32,000 nucleotides of DNA from Bdellovibrionales bacterium (GCA_965247685.1 OZ252021.1:150001-182000); one strand, 5' to 3'; positions 8,350 to 17,200 are shown, counted from the stretch's first letter. Made by a program: numbers and translations. The notes: generated from the sequence alone by a model not told the origin.

Positions 8350-11300
8350 TAACTTTAAAGACAAGTTTAAATTATATTTTATCTCTTTCTTTGGTGTTGA
8401 CACCTTATTCTGTTTTAGCAACAAGCTCTTCTTCCCAACAGTCTCTTGATGCTGAATCCTCCATTGAACCCTCCAGTGAATCCTCCATTGAACCCTCCAG
8501 TGAGTCCTCCATTGAATCCTTCTTGGATCAGCTCACAAAGAACCCTAGCTTAGATACTAATAACCCAGAAGTTCAAAGAGCTATTCAAGTAATAAACGAT
8601 TTGCATCAGGATATTATGACAGGAAACCTGTCTCAAGAGGAAAATTCAGAAGTAAGCAAAGAATTTGACACTCTCCGTTTAAGCAATCAGGTTGCAACTG
8701 TCTACGACGCACATGGAAATGTGTCTGGAGTAATACCTTTTGACTCCGAAGGCCATGTGAACAACAATTCATCAGAGAAAATTTTATCTATTGAAGTGAC
8801 GTTTGAATCTGGCTTGCTCACTTTTATCGGAGTTTCCATTCAGGGAGAAGAAGGCCAGGAAAAAAACGTCATAGAAAAACACGTCAGTGTCATTCAAACA
8901 ATTAAAAATATCAATGAAAAAAATGTATTAGAAAAATATGTTTATGATAAAGAAATCTTAGCTATTCTCTACCAAACAAAGGGTGGAATTGAACTTATTT
9001 TATATCACATGAACTACGCCACTGAACTCATCGGAAGGGCTCCCATTCCATCTACATCCTTTTACTTAGAAGAGTCTGATCTCCCAGAAAAGCTGGAATT
9101 AAAATTTGTTTCTCAAGAGAACCCCATTCGCAATTTAAATTTAGATAAGTATCCTATAAGAAACTCTGATGGTCAAAGTCTCCTGCAAGCTGGAGATTTG
9201 ATCATTTATAGCGAAGAAACAAAAAATTTTTCTATGCTCATAACAAGAGAAAATATCTATGAACGTATAAAGGAGATGTATGAAAGCCTTAACCTGCTTC
9301 TAGAAATTTCAAATTCCAGCAACACTTTAGAAAGACTGTTAGAAATATCCAGAGAACAGAAAGATATCAAAGCACATAGTCCAGAACAATTGATGTATGA
9401 TCTCATTAATAGAGTAACCAATCGAAATGCACTATATTTTCTAGATCGATATAGAAATTCAATCACTGGTATAGTACATCTTTTAGATACCTCAACCAAT
9501 GAACAGGAGAGAAATATCTTCATTCCTAAACAAGGGAGTGAAAATAAACCGACCGATGAAAAAAAACCTGAAGAAAATAAGAGAAAAATAAAGAGTTTTG
9601 TTTCTAAACCAATGGACTTCTTCAAATATATTAAATATTTATATCGTAAAGACTTAGCCCATAAAGGGAAGAAAGATCTCTTAACTTTTGAACAATGGAA
9701 AGAGAAAAAGACCGAAGGAAAACAATCTGAAGGTTTCATCAAAGAACACAAACTGGAATTAGCAGTTGCAACAATTGGAGCAGCAGCGGCTGTTTGGTAT
9801 TTTTCCACTTTAAAAGGTTTAGATAACTCTCCTTCAAGTGATGTACTACAGAATATGATCTTGTTAGGTGCAGGTGTATTGGGTTTACTTTACGGAGTCA
9901 CTGCTATTTTTATCCCATTGCTCAAAGGGATTGATAAATTGATTCCACCTGAGCTAAAATCTTTCAAACCTTTCAAACATTCCTTACGCAAAACTATTGA
10001 AAAGTGGCAGGGAAAAGATAAAAAAACATTAATCACTGGGCTGGGCTTTAAATTAGTAGCAGTCTTACTCCCTCTTTTTCACAGGTTATCTCAACTGGGG
10101 GGAGTCCCAAGTGTATTTAACGCATTAACTCGAGGAGTAAACTTCAAGAGTGCTATTGCCACTATTGAATCAGGCTCTGATTTAGGCAAAAAGCTTGGTT
10201 TAACAAAAAATATGAACTTATTTGGAGTGAGAAACCAAGACAAGAAGACAGTTGCTGTGGATTTGATGAGTCAAAGAGATCAAAGAGTCGAACATGTAGC
10301 TCGACTCATGGCTATGCGTGCAATGTTAGGCCACTCACATTTTGACGCTTCTGCAAGATTCTTAGGTACACTCAACTTGGATTTAGAGAAGCTCATAAAG
10401 AACCCTAACTTTGTGTCAGATTTCCAATGGATTTCTCAAACACTAGGTACACATATCTTAGAATCAAAGCAGATTAATGCCTTTCAAGGCCTGTTACAAT
10501 GGGATCAAGAGTCTCTTAATGATTTTTATAAAAGGGCACAAGAATTGTATAAGAAATCTCAAACAATACCTCGTGCACAAAAGATTGGTAAAAACACATG
10601 GGAAAACACTAAACATTTTGTATTCCAAAAAGTTTTTAATTGGAACTCAGCTCAAGCAGAAAGATTAAACAATATGATTCCATCTCACACGATTGCTAAT
10701 CAATTCCATTTAGGATTAATTATAGACCACATTACTATGGTTATGCTTCCTTTGACACTAGCCACGCCCAGAGGAGCCGACGGTATTCTATCAGGAGTTG
10801 ATACGAATCTATTCTTTAATTCGAGCAGACCTCATCTCTTTGAAGCTATAATGAATATTGCCGCGCACGTCTTAGCTACGGGAAGACAACAATTAGTTGA
10901 TCTGAATGCACTAAACATTGAAAGACTAAGAACATTATTGCAAACACAAAAAGCAGATAATAAATTTCAATCAACACAACAAGAAGAAAAAATATCTGTT
11001 CCAACTTTCTGGTTTTCTTCTCTTAAGTTCCCATTTCAACTAGGTACTAAAATCCGTGAAGGCTCTCGTTTTGAAGAAAAAGTAGACATTGGATCTTATC
11101 TATGGAAACTCCTGACAACTAGTTATAGATTTTGGGGTGTTAGCCTCGTTTTTTTATTTACTGGCAGACAATTTTTGACCGCTTCTGGAGTAGATATGAA
11201 CATTTTAGGTGCATTATACTTCTTAGTAGGAGGTATAATCTATTTTGGATGGCCTCAAATGTGGTCGCTGATGCACAATCAATCGTTGAGCAAGAGACTT

Positions 11301-12236
11301 CAATTCAATAAAGAAAATATTGAACTCATCCGCTTTGTAGAACACAAATTAGAAAAGAATCTTTATTCAAACAGGCAACAGGGAATTGATCAAGATTTTC
11401 AAAGAGTTATTACTGCCTTTCGATCACTTTATAGAACTTTTAACCAGATTTATTCAACAACAGTATCCCGTAAACTGTTTCGAACAGATCATAAAGGAAC
11501 AATACTTGACTCTTTGAGAAAAGGCATAGATCCAAGTGTCTTTAAACCTCTCCATACTCTTCTCAATACGAATGACACCAAGGAAGCTAAAAAGATAACT
11601 CAGGATCTGAACAAGCTACTAGATACTAAGCAACAAGAAGAACTAATAAAAATCATTAGTGATATCGTTCAAAATAATCCTGGAGATAAAAACCCTAATT
11701 CTAAATACTTCCCAACTGCAGAGAACAACGTTGCACTTTCCTCTCATCTACTATTGACTCTGGGGATATTCAGTAACTTAGCTTTTGTTTATCTCTCGAC
11801 GGATAGTTTTAATCAAGCACAAGTTAATATTACAAACATCTTACAATTATTTTTTGCCACACTTGGAGGAATTCTATCTTACAAACTGATAACATCTAAA
11901 TCTCTTCCGAATCATAAGGAAAATATTCAAAGATACTATGACAGACTAGCTGGACCGAAAATAAAAAATATTTTATTTTCTGGAAACCCAATACAACAAG
12001 AAATAGTAATTATTGATGCTCTTCGCAAAGCTGGTATAATCACTATGCGTCAACTAAGAAAATTAACAACAGAAGAACTCCTAGCTATACCTGATATAGG
12101 ACAGAAAAGAGTACAAATTATTAGAGAAAGAATGGCAGGTATCCCCTCTTCAAATTCGAAATTTCATTTCATTAGAGATGGAGTGAATAAATGTAAAGCT
12201 GTTCTTCGAAGAATTAACAACACAACAAATGAATAA
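8328..12236 (+). CDS. ~1300-aa exported/polytopic membrane protein of unknown function with C-terminal RpoA-alphaCTD-like HhH module
   Basis: The ORF is open from 8274. I prefer ATG 8328 (GGAGGA at 8319-8324); ATG 8313 is also possible. Signal-like N-terminus MGQRTKLITLKTSLNYILSLSLVLTPYSVLA and an SSIEPSSE repeat. A ~450-aa soluble region is followed by several hydrophobic helices (LAVATIGAAAAVWYFSTL, MILLGAGVLGLLYGVTAIFIPLL, LITGLGFKLVAVLLPLF, ILGALYFLVGGIIYFGW, LLLTLGIFSNLAFVYL, ILQLFFATLGGILSY). The C-terminal HhH module is at 12000-12134. It overlaps the LRR gene by 22 nt. Confidence 0.8.
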   Translation: MGQRTKLITLKTSLNYILSLSLVLTPYSVLATSSSSQQSLDAESSIEPSSESSIEPSSESSIESFLDQLTKNPSLDTNNPEVQRAIQVINDLHQDIMTGNLSQEENSEVSKEFDTLRLSNQVATVYDAHGNVSGVIPFDSEGHVNNNSSEKILSIEVTFESGLLTFIGVSIQGEEGQEKNVIEKHVSVIQTIKNINEKNVLEKYVYDKEILAILYQTKGGIELILYHMNYATELIGRAPIPSTSFYLEESDLPEKLELKFVSQENPIRNLNLDKYPIRNSDGQSLLQAGDLIIYSEETKNFSMLITRENIYERIKEMYESLNLLLEISNSSNTLERLLEISREQKDIKAHSPEQLMYDLINRVTNRNALYFLDRYRNSITGIVHLLDTSTNEQERNIFIPKQGSENKPTDEKKPEENKRKIKSFVSKPMDFFKYIKYLYRKDLAHKGKKDLLTFEQWKEKKTEGKQSEGFIKEHKLELAVATIGAAAAVWYFSTLKGLDNSPSSDVLQNMILLGAGVLGLLYGVTAIFIPLLKGIDKLIPPELKSFKPFKHSLRKTIEKWQGKDKKTLITGLGFKLVAVLLPLFHRLSQLGGVPSVFNALTRGVNFKSAIATIESGSDLGKKLGLTKNMNLFGVRNQDKKTVAVDLMSQRDQRVEHVARLMAMRAMLGHSHFDASARFLGTLNLDLEKLIKNPNFVSDFQWISQTLGTHILESKQINAFQGLLQWDQESLNDFYKRAQELYKKSQTIPRAQKIGKNTWENTKHFVFQKVFNWNSAQAERLNNMIPSHTIANQFHLGLIIDHITMVMLPLTLATPRGADGILSGVDTNLFFNSSRPHLFEAIMNIAAHVLATGRQQLVDLNALNIERLRTLLQTQKADNKFQSTQQEEKISVPTFWFSSLKFPFQLGTKIREGSRFEEKVDIGSYLWKLLTTSYRFWGVSLVFLFTGRQFLTASGVDMNILGALYFLVGGIIYFGWPQMWSLMHNQSLSKRLQFNKENIELIRFVEHKLEKNLYSNRQQGIDQDFQRVITAFRSLYRTFNQIYSTTVSRKLFRTDHKGTILDSLRKGIDPSVFKPLHTLLNTNDTKEAKKITQDLNKLLDTKQQEELIKIISDIVQNNPGDKNPNSKYFPTAENNVALSSHLLLTLGIFSNLAFVYLSTDSFNQAQVNITNILQLFFATLGGILSYKLITSKSLPNHKENIQRYYDRLAGPKIKNILFSGNPIQQEIVIIDALRKAGIITMRQLRKLTTEELLAIPDIGQKRVQIIRERMAGIPSSNSKFHFIRDGVNKCKAVLRRINNTTNE
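8454..8520 (+). repeat. 24-bp in-frame tandem repeat (2.8 copies) encoding SSIEPSSE
   Basis: The unit gaatcctccattgaaccctccagt is repeated at 8454-8477 and 8478-8501. A partial variant (gagtcctccattgaatcct) follows to 8520. Confidence 0.9.
12000..12134 (+). other. alphaCTD-like helix-hairpin-helix module at the C-terminus of the giant protein
   Basis: EIVIIDALRKAGIITMRQLRKLTTEELLAIPDIGQKRVQIIRERM fits the L..AGI.T...L...T..ELL.I...G.K....I pattern of the RNA polymerase alpha C-terminal domain / HHH_5-type modules. The same module is repeated in the next gene. Confidence 0.6.
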
Positions 12237-12237
12237 G

Positions 12238-12560
12238 AAATGAAAAAATACTCATTCTTCGCTCACAGCTTAATACAAAGAAAAATATCAAAGTTTCTTT
12301 TATTCTAAAAAAAGAACAGCTCTTAAAAAGAGGAGAAACTCACTTATTGTTAGATAGGAGAGCTTTAAATCTTTCCTTTAATGCTCAATTTTGAAACACT
12401 TTGATTTGTAAAATTTTCACTATTTTAAGAGTTTTTAAGAAAATAAATTGAATAAAATAACCTCCAAACAAATATATCTAATAAAAATTTCCAATAGTAG
12501 AAATTATCGTAGACACTATGAGTAATCTATACTAACAACACAACAAATGAACTTTAAACA
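12238..12560 (+). repeat. copy B of the duplicated ~325-nt leader (partner at 6546-6872)
   Basis: Begins 2 nt after the stop of the giant gene (TAA 12234-12236) and ends ~40 nt before the ATG at 12601. See copy A for the shared blocks. Confidence 0.85.
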
Positions 12561-12600
12561 ATTCTTCAAAGAATTAACAACAAAACATAAGGAGTAAGAA

Positions 12601-14199
12601 ATGAAAAATAGAAAACCTACCTACAAGGTTAAAGCAATAGACAAATCCACTGTATTTGTATTCTTTGCTGTTTCTTTAATCTTCTCTAGTCATTTTGTCT
12701 ATGCAGTAAGGCCTCTTAATCCAGAGAATTCAATGCGTCTACCTCCGCCTATTATTACTCCGCCTACTATTATTACAGATAGTAATAGTAGGGGGATAAG
12801 TTTTGTTCCAGCAGACACGATAAAAGATAAACTTTTGAACGCTGGCATAAAAACTGTTGGACAATTACACAATTTAACCCCAAAACAACTTAAAGCTATA
12901 CTGGGATCTAAAGATGCAAAACTTGTTCAAAAAGAACTTAATCGGCTAAATATTACTTCCCCTCTCAAAAGAAGTATTGAGGATTTATTTCCTAAAACAG
13001 AAGAACAAGAAATAGTTGCAGCACTTTCTAAAGCTGGCATAAAAAATATTAAAAACCTGCAAGAGTCAACCCCAGAACAACTTCAAGCTATATTGGGAAA
13101 GGAAAAAGCACAACTTATCCTAGAAAGACTTGAACAAACAACTTTGCCTCCTATCTCCGAAATAAGTATTGAGTATTTATTTCCTAAAACAGAACAACAA
13201 AAAATAGTTAAAGCACTTTCTAAAGCTGGCATAAAAACTCTTGGAGATCTGAAAAAATTAACTCAAAGCGAGCTTCGAACTATAAGTGGTCTAAGAGAGA
13301 AAGGTGTACAAAGCATTATAGATGGACTCAAACAACAAGGTATCTCCCTTTCTTCAAAACCGACTCTAAGCAAAAGAATAATTACAGGGACAACTTCTGC
13401 AGCTCAAAGGACAGCTTCTGGGGCAACTTCTTTGGCTCAAACTGTAGTAGATGGGACAGCTTCTGGAGCAACTTCTGTAGTTAAAGGGGCAACTTTTGCA
13501 GCTCAAAGGACAGCTTCTGGGGCAACTTCTTTGGCTCAAACTGTAGTAGATGGGACAGCTTCTGGAGCAACTTCTGTAGTTAAAGGGGCAACTTCTTTGG
13601 CTCAAACTGTAGTAGATGGGACAGCTTCTGGAGCAGCTTCTATAGTTAAAGGGACAACTTCTGTAGTTAAAAGGACAGGAGGAGCTCTTATTCCTAAAGA
13701 AAAGCCCACAGTTGATCTTAGAGAAGGTATTGAAAATTTTTTAGCTACTCCCAAAAGCGAAATCGCCGAAGTGAGTACTGAAATTGAACAATTATTTCCT
13801 AACAACAAAAGTATAGTTGAAGCACTTTCTAAAGCTGGCATAAAAACTCTTGAAGATCTGAACAATTTAACTCGAAAAGAGCTTCTAGCTATAAAAGGTA
13901 TAGGAAAGAGAAGTGTGGAAATTATTCTAGGAATAATAGGAACTCCCTCTTCATTAGAGGAAATATTTGGAAGAAGTATAGCTAAAGCACTTTTTAAAGC
14001 TGGCGTAGACACTCTTGCAGATCTGGACAAGTTAACTCCAGAAGAGATTCTAGATATACAGGGTATAGGAGAGAAAAGTCTGAAAATTATTATAGAAAGA
14101 ACGAGAACTACTCCCCCTTCAACAAAATTGGGGACACTTGGAAAAGCAGCTCAAAAATGTATGCAAGTTGTCGGGTCCCTCCTACCAAAGAAAAAATAA
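12601..14199 (+). CDS. exported or membrane-anchored protein with five alphaCTD-like HhH modules and a central Thr/Ala/Ser/Gly tandem repeat
   Basis: 532 aa, with AAGGAG 6 nt upstream of the ATG. K-rich n-region plus hydrophobic core STVFVFFAVSLIFSSHFVYA|V, then PPPIITPPTIIT. HhH modules lie at about 12814-12948, 12979-13134, 13163-13341, 13783-13938 and 13954-14100 (e.g. IVEALSKAGIKTLEDLNNLTRKELLAIKGIGKRSVEIILGII). The DNA block gcactttctaaagctggcataaaaa recurs at three of them. Confidence 0.8.
   Translation: MKNRKPTYKVKAIDKSTVFVFFAVSLIFSSHFVYAVRPLNPENSMRLPPPIITPPTIITDSNSRGISFVPADTIKDKLLNAGIKTVGQLHNLTPKQLKAILGSKDAKLVQKELNRLNITSPLKRSIEDLFPKTEEQEIVAALSKAGIKNIKNLQESTPEQLQAILGKEKAQLILERLEQTTLPPISEISIEYLFPKTEQQKIVKALSKAGIKTLGDLKKLTQSELRTISGLREKGVQSIIDGLKQQGISLSSKPTLSKRIITGTTSAAQRTASGATSLAQTVVDGTASGATSVVKGATFAAQRTASGATSLAQTVVDGTASGATSVVKGATSLAQTVVDGTASGAASIVKGTTSVVKRTGGALIPKEKPTVDLREGIENFLATPKSEIAEVSTEIEQLFPNNKSIVEALSKAGIKTLEDLNNLTRKELLAIKGIGKRSVEIILGIIGTPSSLEEIFGRSIAKALFKAGVDTLADLDKLTPEEILDIQGIGEKSLKIIIERTRTTPPSTKLGTLGKAAQKCMQVVGSLLPKKK
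13393..13676 (+). repeat. in-frame 99-bp tandem repeat (2 full near-identical copies plus truncated or degenerate copies)
   Basis: 13393-13491 and 13492-13590 differ by a single base (acttctgca vs acttttgca). The third copy (from 13591) lacks the first 33 nt of the unit and then degenerates. The encoded unit is TSAAQRTASGATSLAQTVVDGTASGATSVVKGA. Confidence 0.92.
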
Positions 14200-14223
14200 A
14201 AAGGTTCAATACTCTAAATCAAG

Positions 14224-14257
14224 AAGTGATTTGCTATTTATAAATAGCAAATCACTT
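14224..14257. terminator. perfect 34-nt palindrome between convergent genes; likely bidirectional intrinsic terminator
   Basis: aagtgatttgctattta / taaatagcaaatcactt are exact reverse complements. The palindrome lies between the stop of the HhH gene (14199) and the stop of smc (14272). The flanking U-tracts are only modest. Confidence 0.55.
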
Positions 14258-14271
14258 TCTTTGAGACTGTG

Positions 14272-17200
14272 CTATGAAACAGGTTGTGCATCTTGATAGT
14301 TTCTCATTTCTACGGAAAGTAAATTTGTAATGCCTTTTTCTTCCATTGTCACTCCGTAAAGCCTGTCACAATTCTTCATAGAATACTTGTTGTGTGTAAT
14401 CAAAATAATTTGGCTTCTTCGAGCTATTTCTAAAATCAAAGCATTATATCTGACGATATTACTGTCATCTAAAGACGCATCGACCTCGTCTAATATACAA
14501 AAAGGTGCTGGACGAATCAAAAACAAAGAAACCACTACAGACAATGCCACAAGAGACTTCTCCCCACCAGAAAGGAGTTTTAAACTCTTGAGTTTTTTTT
14601 CTGGAAGACATGCTTCAATCTCAACACCATCATCCACCATACGAAAAGCTGCACAGCCCCCTCCAAATATAGATTTAAAAACCTGATCAAAGCGATGATT
14701 CACTTCCTTAAATGTTTTACCAAATTTTTGAGATGAAATTCGATCCATCTCTGTTATCACTTGCTCTAGTTCCTGCTTAGACTGCTTCAAATCTCCAAGC
14801 TGTTGATACAAAGTTTGGTATTCCTCATTCAGCTCATTATACTCACTGAGTGCGAGTAAATTCACTTGCCCAATTTTAGCAAGCTTACTCTTAAGCTGTT
14901 CTAATTTTTGAAAATCTTCTTTCATAGAATCTTGAACTTCTTCGATAGAGACTTGATGATTTTCTAAAGTTTTTTCCTCTATGTTTTTCTTTTCAACAAG
15001 ATTAGATTCTTTATTGATTTCTAATGTATGTTTTTGATCTAAAATATTTTCTAGATTTTGATTCAAGGAAGAAATTTGCTGCTCCATAGTTTTGTAAGAA
15101 GAAATACGATCCTGATACCCCTTCTCATTAAATTCTTGTTGTTGAACCTGAGCTTGATATTGCTCCTTTTTCTGAAACCATTTTTCTTTCCATTTTTCTA
15201 ACTCTTTCTGATTCTTTTTAATCACACTCTGACTTTGACCAGATTGCTCAGAAAATTTTAAAGATTTCTGACTCATCTCATTAATAGATTGCTTCAACAA
15301 TTGCTCTCGATAATGAACTGACTTTAAATCTTTTTGTAAATGCACTAAAGCCACCTGTGTGGCATCTAATGCAGATTTCATTTGATTTTTTTTATCTAAG
15401 CACTGATTTCTTTGAGCACGAACCTCATCATACTGATTTTGTAACTTATTTTTTTTATCTTTCACTTGTTCATACTTTTGTTGAAGTTCTTTAGATGAAC
15501 TATACACCTTTTCACTTTCTTTTTGCCCTTGCAGTTTCTGATATAAATTCTGATGCTCCTGTTCTATAAAAGATAACTCTTGCTTCAAAACTTCATATTC
15601 CTTTGAATGAGCATAAATATTCTTGCCTTCTTCATTGTATTTTTTATCCAATTGATCGAGATATTTCTCTAATTTTTTAAGCTCACTAGTTTTATCAGAA
15701 ACTTCCTTTTCTAAATCTTGAAACCGAACTTTTAACTGTTGAATCTCTGCCTCTAATTTTTGAATTTCTTTATCTTGAATAAGAATATCCGACTCTTTTG
15801 GATTAACACCTCCACAAAGAAGACGCCCATACTTTAGAATATCCCCTTCAAGAGTGACAAAAGTTATTTCCGGATGTACTTTAGACACTTTAATCATCTG
15901 ATCTACAGAATCCATCACACAAACACACTCAAAAAGAAAATCTAAGTCTAAGCCATTTCGAAATCGTACTTTGTCTTTTAAACAAATTCCCACATTCTGT
16001 GGGATCGATTGTTTTTTTACTTCACGGGTTAAAAGAAACAAAGCTCTTCCAAGGTTTTTCTTCTTTAGTGTTTTTAAAATATCAGAAGCAGAATGAACAT
16101 CCTGTACAATAAAACTATATAGGACAGAATCCAGAACAGCCGACACAGCCCTCTCATAGCCCAGCTCTACATCTAATACCTCCAACAAGTGTTTGAAAGA
16201 TTTCTCTTTTTTCACCCATTGATAGCCCTTCATTCGATATTCTGTTTTTTCTTTGAGCAAACATAAACTCCTATATTGAGATTCTTTCTCCATTAGTGCG
16301 AGTTGAAGTGACTTATATTCTTCCTTCTTATCTGTGATTTTAAGATTTGAGATATTCTCTTTTACAAACCTTAACTCCTCTTCAAGATTAAGGTGTATTA
16401 TCTTATCTCGCTCTATTTGAGTATTGAGTTTTTTACACTGCATTTTCAAAGATTGAATACGGGATTCCTTAACTTTCAGTTGAACCTCTAAATCTTGAGT
16501 CATCTGCTTATATTGCTGCTCATTTTGCTCATAATTTTTCATCACCTCTTCTAAGCGAGCCTCCTCCCTAAGAGCCTTATCGAATTGAGTTTGTAAGTCT
16601 TCCTGATTCTTCTCAAGTAAATCATACTGGAGCTGTAATTTTTCAAGCTGCACCTGTTTAGTCTCTACTTCTTTAGTACGAGATACGATTTGATTATTAT
16701 ATTTTTCTACTTGTTGTTTTAATGTTTCTATTTCTTCTAACTTTGATTTTTGAGAATCTTCAAACTCAGAAACATTAAGCTTCCAGTGATTGCTTCTTTC
16801 TGCATCAGAAGCAATAAGAGCCTCCAGTTTTTTAAATTGCACTTCATACTTTGTGAGTTCTTCCAAAGTTTTTCGCAAATTATTTCTTTCCTGAGAAAGT
16901 TGAGAATAAAGTGTTTCTGAGGCTGTTTGATTTTTATGATACCGTTCTTGCAAAGACTCTAACTGCCCTCTACATTCCTTTTCTTGTTGAACATATTTTT
17001 GAATACTCACTACATCTTCTTGAATTTTTCTTTGAATCTCTTCATACTTGGATTTCAAAGCACTCAATTCAATTTCTGTAATTTGCTGTTTTAAAGACTT
17101 ATAATTCTGAGCTTGTTGCGCTTGCTTCTCCAGTCTCTTTAACTGCTTGGTTTGTTCTTGAACAATATCTTCAAGACGTTGCATATTTTGACAAGTTGTT

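Noticed and set aside
9257-9808. 183-aa antisense ORF inside the giant gene
   Set aside because: It lies fully within a much longer sense ORF. The product is low-complexity and Ser/Leu/Phe-rich, typical of the reverse frame of AT-rich, Lys/Glu-rich coding DNA. No start context is present.
13366-14030. Two antisense ORFs (79 aa and 142 aa) opposite the HhH gene
   Set aside because: They are open only because the tandem repeat and HhH repeats lack stops on the reverse strand. The repetitive SCP/RS peptides mirror the sense repeats, and the sense ORF has a strong RBS and coherent domain structure.
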